From Octopus sinensis (lineage: Eukaryota), in contig NW_021837034.1 in assembly GCF_006345805.1 (NCBI RefSeq), positions 1-64,000 on the forward strand: a DNA stretch of 64,000 nt, read 5' to 3'. The notes under the pieces are model-generated. The model was given only the letters and a program-made list of their open reading frames with translations, had not been told where the DNA came from and did not search any database. The first letter of the stretch is position 1; each line of letters opens with the position of its first letter. Made by a program: the position numbers and the translations under genes. This document shows positions 38,158-52,070 of this stretch, one piece after another.

Positions 38158-38570
38158 CATCATTTAATGTCCATTGCCTATGCTGGCATGGGTTGGACAG
38201 TTTGACCAAAGCTGGGAAGCTGCACCAGACTCCATTCTGATTTGGCATGGTTTCTACAGCTAGATGCCCTTTCTAATGCCAACCACTTTACAGAGTGTGC
38301 TGGATGCCTCTTACATGACATTGTCATAAGTGCTTTTCCCTACCAGAGGGACCAGTCTTAACACTTCTGCTGTGGAGTACAGCAAGGTGCCATATCTCGG
38401 TACTCTGTCATCTTGCCTGCAAGGCTCAGCATCCTGAGATCATTCTTCAGTACTTCATCCCATGTCTTCCTGGGTCTCTCATTTCCATGTACTTTGAGAG
38501 ATCAGCACTTGTCATCCATCTGCATCACATGACCAAACAAGCGCAGTCTTCTCTCTTGCACACAGCAACT
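38158..38570 (-). mobile_element. RTE LINE 3' fragment (family D)
   Basis: Minus strand reads CVQERRLRLFGHVMQMDDKC..RPRKTWDEVLKNDLRMLSL (RRLRWFGHV..RPRKTW motif), followed by the family D 3' UTR and (GAT)n tail. Confidence 0.85.
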
Positions 38571-39299
38571 GAAATAAGAATCAGAGAGGCCCATAGGTGA
38601 AAAACGGTCAAGAAACACTGATTTTGATAAAATGGTGAATGCGGATTTTCAGTGTGTGCCTGGGAGGGTAACTTTTAGGTGCAATCCCATGGTCTGTGTC
38701 GTGACCGAAGGGGTCTCAGGAGGAGGATAATACAGTTATGACACTTTGTTTAACAATTGATGTATCACATTCATTCTTTTCTTCTTTTTTTTTAACATCC
38801 ATTTTCCATGCTGGCATGGGTTTGACCGAAAACTGGGGAGCTGCACCAGGTTCCAATCTGATTTGGCATGGTTTTCTACAGCGGGATGCCCTCCTTAACA
38901 CCAGCTACTCCAAGAATCTAGTGGGTACTTTTTACATGCCACTAGCATGGGTGCCAGTTACAAAACACTGACATCAGCTACAACTCTGATCTCACTTGGC
39001 TTGACGGGTCTTCTCAAGCATGACGTATCACTAAAGGTCTCAGTCACTTGTCTCTTACCTGGGCATGTTTTTCCCCCCTCCTCTTAACCCTTTATTATTC
39101 TAACCAACCAGATTCAGCTACTTGCACTTGTCCAGTAATGTTCTAAAAATAAGCAATGACATCACAAAAATCTTAAAGCTACATGATTAATTCAAAATGT
39201 GAATAAATAAGGATTGCATTTGACAGAATAAATCTGAATGCTGAGGAGTTGAAGCCTTTTTGTACAACCTGGTCGGATCCCATTCTGGTGACGTAAAAA

Positions 39300-39662
39300 G
39301 CACTATCCAAATGTGATCGATGCCAGGGCTGCCTGACTGGCTCCTGTGCTGGTGGCATGTAAAAAGCACCGTCTGTATGTAGCCGATGCCAGTACCACTT
39401 GACTAACTCCCATGCTGGTGGCATGTAAAAAGCACCATCTGAACATGGCTGATGCCAGGCCCACCTGATTGGCTCCTGTACCGGTGGCATGTAAAAAGCA
39501 CCCACTACACTCTGAGTGGTTGGCGTCAGGAAGGGCATCAAGCTGTAGAAACTCTACCAGATCAAGATTGGATCCTGGTGCAGCCACTGGCTCTCCAGAC
39601 CTCAGTCAAACCATCCAACCCATGCCAGCATAGAAAACAGGCTTTAAGCGATGATGATGACC
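39300..39662 (+). mobile_element. RTE LINE 3' UTR copy (family D)
   Basis: Several GGTGGCATGTAAAAAGCACC repeats, then GAGTGGTTGGCGTCAGGAAGGGCATC..CCAACCCATGCCAGCAT..GATGATGATGA. An inverted partner lies at 38790-39050. Confidence 0.85.
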
Positions 39663-40373
39663 ATTCAACAAATCTATTTGAACTGTGTTCTGCATCCTGA
39701 AAGATGCAACACAATAACATTTCATGGTCGTCATTGGCTTCCTCAGTAATCAAACACCTAATCTTTTCTGTTACATTTCTTTCAGTCATTGGATTGTGGC
39801 CATGCTGGGGCGCCACTTTGAAGAGCTTAATCAAAAAATCAAACTCGGTACTTATTCATTTTAAAAGTCTGGTACTTATTCTACCATATCAATCTCCTAT
39901 GCTGAACTGCTAAGTTATGGGGGACTAGCACTGGTTGTCAAATGGTGGTAGGTGGGGGACACAAATATGCACACATCATATTCAAGGCTCTGGTGAAGCT
40001 ATAAGGTGTTACTCAGACACTGCATTTTGTAGCAGAAACAGCTGTGAGCTAATGAAGTTAATAAGATAATCGCTTATTCCTTTGTCATCCAGTGTGGCTC
40101 TGTAGTAAGGAAGCTTGTTTCTCAACCACTTGGTTCCAGGTTCAGTCCCATTGTGTGACACTTTGGGCAAGTGTCTTCTACTATAGCCTTGTGAGTAGAT
40201 TTGGTAGATGGAAACTAAAAGAAGCCCATTGTATATATATATATATATGAGTGTGTGTATTTTTCCCAACAAGTCCCCATAGCTTAGTTGTTCGGCAAGA
40301 ACCCAATAGAATATGTTCTGGGGTCAATTTCATTCAACTACTAATTATTCACGGTGGTGCCCCCAGTAAAAGA

Positions 40374-40594
40374 TATGAGAGAGTGCTGAAAAGTTCCTGG
40401 CTTCTGGTCAAAGAAAATACAGGAGGATCAGTTAATTGTGATTTTATTCAACATTATCCCCACTCTGATTCACACACTTATTGTAACGCTCCTTCAGTTT
40501 TTCTACGCCCTGAAAAAGAACTCAGAAGGTTGGGCCTCTAACCAGGCCCTTCATGATATCCTTAAAACCAGGAACTGTTCAGCACCCCCTTGTA
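40374..40594. mobile_element. Mariner-type MITE (~220 bp)
   Basis: Left end TATGAGAGAGTGCTGAAAAGTTCCTGGCTT is an imperfect inverted repeat of the right end AAAACCAGGAACTGTTCAGCACCCCCTTGTA. Both termini are TA, and there is no coding capacity. Confidence 0.85.
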
Positions 40595-40974
40595 TATCTA
40601 CCAAATTTACAAGGAATTGGTTGACTTAAGGCTGAAGTAGAAGACACTTGCCCAAGGTGACACACAGTAGGACTGAACCTGGTATCACGTGGTTGCCAAA
40701 TGAGCTTGTTAATCTCACAGCCATGCCTGTATGGTTCTACTCACATACAAAATTTTTGTTCTGTCAGTACTTCCCAGCATTCATATTTGTTCTGATGCGT
40801 GGCTCACTTCCTGTGTTTGCGATGCTTCATCAACCAAAAGAAGGTAGAAGCTTCAGCAAAGGAGTTATTCACCTCAAAGAACAAGAACTAGTATCAGAAT
40901 GGGATCAAAGAACTGACCAGACGGTGCAACTCGATGACCTCTACTTCAAATGCTAAGCTGCTTTTGTTGTAATT

Positions 40975-41170
40975 TACTCTTTTACTTGTTTCAGTCATTT
41001 GACTGTGGCCATGCTGGAGCACCGCCTTTAGTCGAACAAATTGACCCCAGGACTTATTCTTTGTAAGCCTAATACTTATTCTATCGGCCTCTTTTGCCGA
41101 ACCGCTAAGTTACAGGGGATGTAAACACACCAGCATCAGTTGTCAAGCAATGTTGGGGGGACAAACATAT

Positions 41171-41217
<47 letters not shown>

Positions 41218-41374
41218 ACAGGCTTCTTTCAGTTTCCGTCTACCAAATCCACTCACAAGGGTTTGGTTGGCCCAAGGCTATAGCAGAAGACACTTACCCA
41301 AGGTGCCACGCAGTGGGACTGAACCCAGAACCATGTGGTTTGTAAGCAAGCTACTTACCACACAGCCACTCCTA
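40975..41374 (-). mobile_element. SINE family C, full length
   Basis: Reverse complement of the family C consensus. Confidence 0.92.
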
Positions 41375-41409
41375 CACCTATGAACAAAGCAAAGAAGTTA
41401 CCAAAATAT

Positions 41410-42045
41410 TCTTTTCTATTCTAGGCACAAGGCCCGAAATTTTTGGGGTGGGGGCGGGCCAGTCGATTAGATCGACCCCAGTACACAACTGATACTTAAT
41501 TTATCGAGGATGAAGGGCAAAGTCAACCTTGGCAGAATTTGTACTCAGAACATAAGACAGACAAAATACCGCTAAGCACTTCGCTCCTCATGCTAACATT
41601 TCTGCCAGTTCACCACCTTCGATAATCATAATAATCCTTTCTATTATAGGCACAAGGCTCGAAACTTGTGGGAGGGGGATAGTTGATTACATCGACCCTA
41701 ATAATCAACTGGTACCTAATTTATCGACCCCAAAAGAATGAAAGGCAAAGTCGACCTTGGCGGAATTTGAACTCAGAACGTAGTGGCAGATGAAATACCA
41801 CTAAGCACTTCGCCCCACCTGCTAACGTTTCTTATTTCTTTACTGCCCACAAGGGGCTACACACAGAGGGGACAGACAAACGGATTAAGTCGATTATATC
41901 GACCCCAGTGCGTAACTGGTACTTATTTAATTGACCCCAAAAGGATGAAAGGCAAAGTCGACCTCAGCAGAATTTGAAGACAGACGAAATACAGCTAAGC
42001 ACTTTTCCCCATGTGCTAACATTTCTGCCAGCTCGCTGCCTTGAC
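41410..42045 (-). mobile_element. SINE family A cluster (3-4 units)
   Basis: Repeated ATCGACCCC..GAAAGGCAAAGTCGACC..GAATTTGAACTCAGAAC motifs. Contains the GCTAACGTTTCTTATTTCTTT multimer junction at ~41821. Confidence 0.88.
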
Positions 42046-42379
42046 ATTAGCGTATTATTGCAAACTTTTGACTCAACACCATGAAAAGCCAAACAAACAC
42101 CACAAAATATTTTGTCCAACATTCTAACGGATCAGCCATCTTACCACCTACACTCCTTAAATTTTAATGTTGAAGTTGGTGAAAATAAGCATATAATATG
42201 CATGGAATTTTATGGTAATTTAATCTTACATGTCTGGGAGGGTTATGGACGCTCCCACTTCTCTGACCAACTTTACATGTCTTTTTTTGCTTTTATTTTT
42301 TATATGTTATTCCTTATTAGAAAATGTCTAGTTCCTGCCTTCTGCTTCCGTATTCAATAGAAAATATGTTGATTGTTGT

Positions 42380-42610
42380 TGTCATTGTCATCTTCTCTAT
42401 TACCATCATCATCACCATCACTATCAAGATCATCATCACCACCAAGATCATCGTCATCACCACCACCACCATCACACCAAGATCATCACCACCACCAAGA
42501 TCATTATCACCACCACCATCACCACCAAGATCATCATCACCACCATCAAGATCATCACCACCAAGATCATCGTCATCATCACCATCACCACCACAATTAT
42601 CATCATCGTT
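42380..42610. repeat. (CAC/CAT)n triplet tract with CAAGATCAT subunit
   Basis: Repeated CACCACCAAGATCATCAT. Confidence 0.9.
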
Positions 42611-42774
42611 ATTTTATGTCTGTTTCCCATCCTGTCATGTGTTGGACAGGTTGTCATGAACTGATGAAGATCTCACTTAGAAATATAGTTCCTTCCACCT
42701 TCCCTCAAAGACAAAGAGTGGAGGAGGACCACATCTCATGTTTGTGTAACATATTTGCTTTGTTTCTATCGTAA

Positions 42775-43185
42775 AAAACCACCCACTACACTCTTGGAGT
42801 GGTTGGCATTAGGAAGGACATCCAGATCAGATTGGAACCTGGTGCAGCCTCCCAACTTGCCAGTTCTCAGTTAAACTTTCCAACCCATACCAGCATGGAA
42901 AGCAGATGTTAAACGATGATGATGATGATTGGATGCTCTTCCTGACACCAATCTACACAACATACCCTATTTTAAATGGAAATTGCAGCTGTGATACCAG
43001 TGCCAGTGGCACGTAAAAAGCACCCACTACACTCTCGGAGTGGTTGGCGTTAGGAAGGGCATCCAGCCCTAGAAACATTGCCAAATCAGACTGGGCCTGG
43101 TGCAGCCTTCTGGCTTCCCAGACCCCAGTTGAACCGTCCAACCCATGCTAGCATGGAAAGCGGATGCTAAACGATGATGATGATA
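42775..43185 (+). mobile_element. Two successive short RTE 3' end copies (family D)
   Basis: 42775-42930 and 43005-43185 each run CCCACTACACTC..GAGTGGTTGGC..CCAACCCAT..AAACGATGATGATGAT. Other short D copies lie near 13885, 14485, 17760, 19890, 21530, 25540, 43500, 46440, 48235, 58625 and 60360. Confidence 0.85.
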
Positions 43186-43684
43186 AGGAACCCCCAAATT
43201 TTTGGAGCTTAAAATTTGGGTAAAAGGTTTTGTACGGGATCATGATTCTATCCATGTATAAGAAACTCCCATATTTTTTTAACCTAATTTTTGACAAAAA
43301 AAGGGGGGAGTATACAGTACTTCATACATTTTACCTTGGTACCAACACTAGAAAGGTGTCTTGTCCTTTGCAAGCCCCACAGAATCCTCTTGACTTTACA
43401 TTGTGATCAGTTAAAATATGAGTTTTTCACATTTGAACAGCAGATATCACCACCATTAGCTTAACGATTTTCCATTAGTTCAGTACCCATTACATTCTTG
43501 GAGTTGTTGATGTTAGGAAGGGCATCCAGCTATAGAAATCATTTCCATGTCCACCTTTCCATGCTTGCATGAGTCTGATAGAGTTTACTGAGGCAGATTT
43601 TCTGCAGCCAGATGCTCTTCCTGTTGCCAACTCTCGCTTGTTTACAAACAAAGTAATATTTCCCCATGTAAACTGGTATTCTGT

Positions 43685-43980
43685 CGACTACAATGGTAAG
43701 GGTTTCAGTTGATCCGACCAATGAAACATCTTGCTTGTGGAATTAATGGTGCAAGTGGCTGAGCGCTCCACAGACACATACCTTTAATGTAGTTCTCAGG
43801 GAGATTCAGCATGACACAGAATGTGACAAGGCTGTCCTCTTTGAAATAAAGGTACTACTCATTTTTGCCTGCTGAGTGGACTGGAGCGACATGAAATAAA
43901 CAACGAGCCACCAGGAATTGAACTCACCTCCTTATGGTTGTGAGCCAAATGCCCTAACCACTAAGCCATGTGCCTTCACT
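43685..43980 (-). mobile_element. SINE family E, long form
   Basis: Co-linear with 13240-13712; ends CCCTAACCACTAAGCCATGTGCC. Confidence 0.8.
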
Positions 43981-44129
43981 ACTCCCACAATATTTTATAT
44001 GTAATATCAAAATAGAATCTAAGTTCCTTCCTGAGCCTTTGGCTCATAAGGTCGACTTCCCAGAATCTTTTGCATATATATTCCTCAATGGACAGGACAC
44101 CAATTCATTGCAGAATTACTAGTATAAGG

Positions 44130-44540
44130 CAACGAGCTGGCAGAAACATTAGCATGCCGGTCGAAATGCTTAGCAGTATTTCGTCTTGTCTTTACATTCT
44201 GAGTTCAAATTCCGCCGAGGTCAACTTTGCCTTTCATCCTTTTGGGGGTCGATAAATTAAGTACCAGTTACGCACTGGGGTCGATGTAATCGACTTAATC
44301 CGTTTATTTGTCCTCTCTGTGTTTAGTCCCTTGTGGGTAGTAAAGAAATAGGTATTTTGTCTTGTCTTTATGTTCTGAGTTCAAATTCCAGCGAGGTCAA
44401 CTTTGCCTTTCATCCTTTCGGGGTCGATAAATTAAGTACCAGTTACACTGGGGTCGATGTAATCGATTTAATCCCTTTGTCTGTCCTTGTTTGTCCCCTC
44501 TATGTTTAGCCCCTTGTGGACAATAAAGAAATAAGAATTA
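44130..44540 (+). mobile_element. SINE family A dimer
   Basis: Head GAGCTGGCAGAAACATTAGC. The second unit starts at the AAAGAAATAG|GTATTT junction (~44351). Confidence 0.88.
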
Positions 44541-46220
44541 CTCGTTTTTGCCAGCTGAGTGGACCTGACCAACATAAAATGAAAAGTTTTGCTTGTGGAC
44601 ACAAAACATTGATCAGTGCAGGAATTGAAACCACAACCTTAGACTCATGAGTGCGACATTCTAACCACTAAGCCATGCACCTACACGTCGTATGTAATAT
44701 ACAGAATGAGATATCAGATTATACTCTGCAGGAGAGACTAGTCAAGGAGCATAAATAATTTATAGAGAAAATTAGGTGAAAAAGTATTAGGAGAGAAAAG
44801 TTGAAATAACCAAACAATGGAACCAGAATTCATTTAGAATTGGTAATATGTGGACCAAACCGAAAGAGAAGCAAAATTGCAAATATATTTTAATCTATTC
44901 ATAGTAAAAATGTGAATGGTGTTGACTATTCAGGAACCTACATGTTTATCTCTTTGTCTAGTTTCCCAAACCTTGTAAATACTGGTCGAAAGGTCCACTG
45001 TTAAGTCAGATCACCCCATAACCTTTGAAATTACAAAAGCCTGTTATATTATAAGTCCGCAGGGAAAACACCATATGTTCATCGACAATTGCCAATATGC
45101 AGTAGCAATAAAGCTGGTAATATTAGCAAATAAACAGCAACTCGCTATGTATAAATGCAGAGCTGTGAAGACAAGTTGAAGCAAGCGAATGTGACAAAAG
45201 GCTAGATTAAATACAAGAGTTGTGTCGCCAGTTCGGTAACAATAATAATCATTATTGGCGATAAAAGTCATACAACTACATGAGACAAATCAATACAAAA
45301 GAAGGAAATAAAATCAATATATTGAAGATTACCAAGCCTATTTCGTTTCATCTTTTGCAGCCCTTTTCCTCTGAGCTATTAAAGTATTGCAACAAAACAC
45401 TGACCGCGCAAGTAGATGAGGAGATACAAGAGGAAGACGAGAGAGAAGAGAAGAGAGGATCGTGGCCGGCGGCGGAGATGGGGTGGGGGGGCAGAGAGAA
45501 AGAAAGAGTGAGAGAGAGACAGGAGGGGGAGGGATTGTGTGTTCTGTATTCTATTGAGATGGTCTTTTACCATAACATCTCACTGATTATATCTTTGTAT
45601 ATTGTCATGCCTGCTCAGGTATAAACTGTTGAAGTTACTACGGCTACTACAACTAGTAGTAGTAGTAGCAGTACTGATATGATGAAGTTAGTTTCAGAAT
45701 TTTTTTTGTTTTGTTTTGTTTTGTTTTTTTGTAGGTTTTTTTTTTTGTCTTAAATATAAGTTAGCAAATCTATCCATGCTATATCTATGCTACGATATCA
45801 GTTATCAATTATTTTGAATTCCCCTCTGCAGGCATTTTTGCCATTTCGTATTGGTGCTTGTTGCATTTCGTGTTTGACGAGGTGGAGCCTGCTAAAGAGG
45901 GGAGGTGGGGTGGAGATTCCAGTCCAAGTTAGCTTGCAAAAGAATGACAATATGGTGGGGAATAAGCACAGACACACATTCATACACACACACACACACA
46001 CACACACGCACTCATCTATATACCTACCCTCCTTGTAATGTTGGCAAATGAAATAAGTATAAGAATGTGCATTGTCCATTTAATTAAAAAATTATTTCTA
46101 TATGTGGCTGAAGATTGCTCGACATTTTAAAACTGATGTAATACTTACAGTGTTTAATAAAATGAAGTAGCATGAAACAATTGTACTACACTACCTTGGA
46201 TATCCTTGTTGCTTATTTTG

Positions 46221-46252
<32 letters not shown>

Positions 46253-46760
46253 GATGATGATTGCCTCATCTTGTCAGATGATAAGCCATCTCACAGTGAA
46301 TGAATTGTGAGACCCCTGTACGTCACGGAATTTAAGTGACTAAAGATTGTACAACACTTTTGCCTTTTCCTCAGTCATCATAGAAGGTTCCGTTGACAAG
46401 CATTGCAAGAATGACGGTTACTATTTTGTCAGTCAAATCATCATCATCCTCATCATCATCATTTAACATCCGTTTTTCCATGTTGGCATGGGTTGGACTG
46501 TTTAACAGGATTTGGTGAACCACAGGGCTGCATCAGGGTCCAGTCGTCTGTTTTGGCATGGCTTCTACAACTGGACGCCCTCCCTAAACACAAACCACTT
46601 TACAGAGTGTACTCGGTGCTTTTTACATAGCACCAGCATGGCTCCCTATTATGCGATGCTGGTATCAGTGCTCTTTTACATAGTGCTGGGAGAGGTGCTT
46701 CTTTACAGGACACAGCATAAGTACATTTTTTGTCTTATCAGTGGATTTTATATATATATG

Positions 46761-46817
<57 letters not shown>

Positions 46818-47129
46818 GAATGTATATATGTATATATATATATTCAAATATATACATACATATATATATACATATATATGCATGTATATATATATATTAT
46901 ACACACACACACATATACACATATATACATGTATATATATAAATATATAGATAGATAGATAGATGATATATATATATATATCATCTACACACACACTTTA
47001 CTCACACAAGGACACATATGGTGACCTGTGTCCACACATATAGAGATGCACATCCATACATACAAACATGGTACATAGTTGCAAAACACACACACACATG
47101 CACACACAAGGAGACAGAAATGCATACAT

Positions 47130-47288
47130 ATACAAACATGCTTACACACACACATACATAAAAAATACACAAACACATACATGCAAGCACAAGAATATGC
47201 AGAATACATACATACATATATACATATGCATACACACATGTACACATACACACATATGCATACATACATACATACAAACATACATACA

Positions 47289-47322
<34 letters not shown>

Positions 47323-47830
47323 CATACATGCATACATACATACATGCATGCATACATACATACCCACATACATACATACATACATACACACATACATACA
47401 TACATACATACATACACACATACATACATATATACATATGCATACACACATGTACACATACACACATATGCATACATACATACATACAAACATACATACA
47501 TACATACATACATACATACATACATACACACATACATACATACACACATACATACATACATACATACATACACACATACATACATACATACATACATACA
47601 TACATGCATACATACATACATGCATGCATACATACATACACACATACATACACACATACATACATATATACATATGCATACACACATGTACACATACACA
47701 CATATGCATACATACATACATACATACATACATACAAACATACATACATACATACATACATACATACATACATACATACATACACACATACATACATACA
47801 TACATACATACATACACACATACATACATG
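47130..47830. repeat. (CATA)n microsatellite with higher-order structure
   Basis: The variant block CATGTACACATACACACATATGCATAC recurs at 47237, 47449 and 47685. Confidence 0.95.
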
Positions 47831-49399
47831 CAACGAAAATTTTAGGAAAATAAAAATAAGAAATAAGTGGAAATTTTACTGGTGAATGTGTTAAATTATA
47901 AAGCATAAAAAGAGAATGACTCTCCCCAGACACAACAGTATATATATATAATAATAATAATATAAATAATATATATATAAATGGCGGTGCCCCAGCATGG
48001 CCACAGCTCATTAGCTGAAACTGGAAAAATCAAAAAAATCAAATATATACACACATACGTATATACATATACACATATATACATGCATGTATATGTGTGT
48101 GTGTTTATATATATATATATATTTATTTATTTATTTATTAAGGGCATTACTATACATAAATGCCTCACGGTAGGAGGGACTCTTAAAGTCAAAACTACCA
48201 TAATAAATAAACACATATATATATATCATAATCATCACCATCATCATTGTTTACGATCCATCTTCCATGTATGCATGTGTTGGACGGTTGTCAGGAGCCA
48301 GTTAGGTAGCAAACTACTCTCAGCTACTGTGTCTGCCTTGGCAGGGTTTTTACAGCTAGATGCCCTCCCTAACACTAACCACTCTGTAGGATGGACTCAG
48401 TGCTTTTTTACGTGGCACTAGCACAGGTGAGGTTAGTCTTGGCATGATTTTTACAGCTGGATGCCCTCTCTAAATGTAGCACCAGCATTGGCAGGGTCAC
48501 CAAGTAACTCTCAAGATGAGTTACTTATAAGAGGGGCAGAGGGGAACTTGTGTCAGAGGTTAGAGTGTGACAGAGACACAAAAGCAGGTGTCTTGCTATA
48601 AGGATGGGGGGAGGGCATTGAAGGAGGTAATCTGGTATCAGATGATGAAAGGTTAGATTGTGACAGAGAAATAGGTGTCTTTACTATAGAGGAGGTAGAT
48701 GGTTATCCAGTGAGAGAGAAAGAAAGAAAGATAGAGGGAGAAGAGGAAGAGAGAGAGAGAGAGAGAGTAGGAAACAGCAAGTATAAGAGAGAACAGGAGA
48801 GAGATGGAGAAGTGCCAGGGTAACAAGGATCAGAGCATATATATCTCTCTATATATATGTATATATATACACATATATATATATATAATAAACATTTACA
48901 TAAATAAATAACGTGAAATACACGAAGGGACGAACAAAAAGACAAACAGGTCATTCAAAGCCTTCATTCTTCAGTCAGAAACTGATCCCTCATCGCAGAT
49001 TTCGGCTGTTTAATTCTGATACATAATTATAGATATATAATATATATATATAATATATATATATATACATACACCACCACACACATATCTATATGTATAT
49101 ATACATACCACACACACACACAAATACATGGTTGAAATTTTAAAAAAAGCAAAAAACGAAGACAGGTGTATAAACAACAAGCAGGTGTGTAAGTTTGATG
49201 CTCAGGAAAAATGGGGGTTTTGGCCTCATTTATGAAAATTCATATATTTTTGTTGTTGATGAAAATCTAACCATAGATATCACACAAATGAAGTAATATT
49301 CCTAAAATTTAAACTTCTTAGGAATTAGTAAGACCCCTTGATGGGGGCTCAACCTCCACAATTTAATCATTTTTTTCCTAAGCCAAGACAAATACAATT

Positions 49400-50200
49400 A
49401 TAGTCTTGAAAGCTGTAGAGTCACCCGAGGATACAAGATGAGCATTATTTGTAATTCAATGGTACAACAGTGTAAGAATTTGCTTTCAGATATACTTAGA
49501 TCGTGATTTCTGCAATGTGGTGCATAAATTGTCAAATATAGGAGAGGCATCTTTGCCTCCACTGATTCAGTTGCAAAGTGTTATTTTGAGTAAAGTTATT
49601 TGTGTGCAGACCTCCTTTGAGCCTTTTTATTATCACTAGGTCAGAGATAGTCCCCAGATGGTAACATTGATTTCAAGGCCTTTCCACATAAGTGATTGGG
49701 CATTCAAAGATATTTATAGATTGCAATCAGCATAGTGATCATTGGCAAACTTCAGAGGTGACATTTTCATTTACCCTTAGCCCTCACATCACACAGTTCT
49801 TAATGTTTATTTGAGTTGGGTCATGCCCTTCCAATTGCTATAGATCCGTAATGCATCTTACAGCTGTGCTGACCACCTGTATGGTGGGGAATTCTACATT
49901 GGGGAGTGGTAACAACTAGGGTAGGGTAGCTGATCATTCATCTTTTGGTTTCCTCCAGCTTTGCTCTCTTTTACAAACCCAGTGAACATTCATATATTTT
50001 TGATTTCAAAGAAATTTGAACAATAGCTATAAGACACAAGTTAAAAAAAGATTCCCAATAATTCAACTTCTCTGGTTGACTTTAAGACCCTACCCCGCCA
50101 ATAGGGGCCTTAACTCCCATATTTTAGAGCTCTGTGGGCTCCATTTTACAGGAGCAAAAACCTTTCAATGGGTTTTGTAATATTTGGATTTTGGAATCTG
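49400..50200 (-). mobile_element. Possible highly decayed L1/Tx1-like LINE fragment
   Basis: Weak motif traces on the minus strand only (..RIYSNW.., ..CP..LE..IWG, ..KGGL..). Many stops are present. Confidence 0.25.
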
Positions 50201-50664
50201 GGCATAAAGATGAGTGGTATGGGATAAATATGTCATGATTAGAATTTTTGTTAGGCTGTGTAAAGAAAGAAAGAACCCCCATTAAAATTCTAAATCTCCA
50301 ATTTTGATGAAATTCAAATGATGGGTATTCCAGTTTTCTTTGTAGTTAGATCGTATGTGATCTTCTTCTAGCATATGGTTATCCACCTAGTGGTTTATCC
50401 CTAAATATACATGTATTGAAATGTTTTCTGATTTTTCAGATTTTTTATATATGCTAGGCTACTGGTTTAAATTGATATTAATTAAATTAATATTCAATTT
50501 ATCTCCCTCATTATTAAATTATATATATATATATATATGTCTTAATGTGTTTATATATCTATATCATCATCATCATATACATATGATGATGACAAATAAA
50601 TAACTTTCTTATGAGCTTCACCAGCTGAGTATATTGAGTCCTACATCGGGTTATTAGTATCACG

Positions 50665-50870
<206 letters not shown>

Positions 50871-50871
50871 T

Positions 50872-51180
50872 GGAGGTGCAATGGCCCAGCGGTTAGGGCA
50901 GCGGACTCGCGGTTGTAGGATCGCGGTTTCAATTTCCGGACCAGGCATTGTGAGTGTTTATTGAGCAAAAACACCTAAAGCTACATGAAGCTCCAGCAGG
51001 GGGTGGTGGCAATTCCTGCTGTACACTTTCGCCACAACTTTCTCTCACTCTTTCTTCTGTTAGCCTGCTCGCTTAGCCAGTGGGATGGCGTCATTTGAAG
51101 GCTAAAACACTGCGAAGTGCATTGTGACCAGCGATGTGTAGCAACATCTGATAGCCTAATCGGTCACAGTGATCACAGTG
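50872..51180 (+). mobile_element. tRNA-derived SINE family B, full length, embedded in (TA)n
   Basis: GGAGGTGCAATGGCCCAGCGGTTAGGGCAGCGGACTCGCGG head; co-linear with 1538-1805. Confidence 0.9.
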
Positions 51181-51213
<33 letters not shown>

Positions 51214-51499
51214 ATTTTGCGTTACTATATATATATATGTATTTACATGTTAGTATCTTTTTCCAGCCATTATTACAAATCAACCATTACAAATGATGAT
51301 GATGATGATGATGACATCATATGAATTGAATATTCAACATTTAGTCCAAGTTTTCATGTTTTTCTCACGCCCAACAAACTGTTTTCTCATATTCTAACAA
51401 TTCATTATGATTGTGTGAATAAAGTTTCCCCCTCTTGTTTTCATTTCACCTCATTACGCGTGTGTATGTGCGTGTATGCGTGCACGTGCATGTGTGATT

Positions 51500-51645
51500 A
51501 AGATATAGATAGACAGACAGATAGACAGGCAAAGAGAGAGAAAGCGAGAGAGAGAGAGAGAGAGAGAGAGCAGACAGACAAACAGACACATAGATAAAGA
51601 TAGATAGATAGAGAGAGAGAGATAAAGAGAGAGAGATAAAGATAG

Positions 51646-51728
<83 letters not shown>

Positions 51729-51766
51729 TAGATAGATAGAGAGAAGAAAGAAAGATAGAGAGAGAA

Positions 51767-51821
<55 letters not shown>

Positions 51822-51890
51822 TAAATATAGATATATAGATAGATAGATAGATATAGATAGATAGATAGATAGATAGATATAGATATAGAT

Positions 51891-51951
<61 letters not shown>

Positions 51952-51986
51952 AAGAAAGATAAGAGAGAAAGAGAGAAGATAGATAT

Positions 51987-52070
<84 letters not shown>

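Noticed and set aside
40648-40956. 102-aa ORF, and a minus-strand LLLVDEASQT resembling an SF1 helicase motif II
   Set aside because: The ORF starts in a SINE. The DEASQ frame is closed by stops on both sides within ~25 codons.
42661-42690. CTGATGA..GAAA spacing resembling a hammerhead
   Set aside because: No helix II pairing; chance occurrence.
42324-42774. His-rich and Ser/Pro-rich ORFs
   Set aside because: Triplet-repeat tract open in several frames; no splice signals or domain.
48950-49010. CTGAAGA and CCGAAA motifs suggesting a type II hammerhead
   Set aside because: Helices I and II cannot be formed in the required register.
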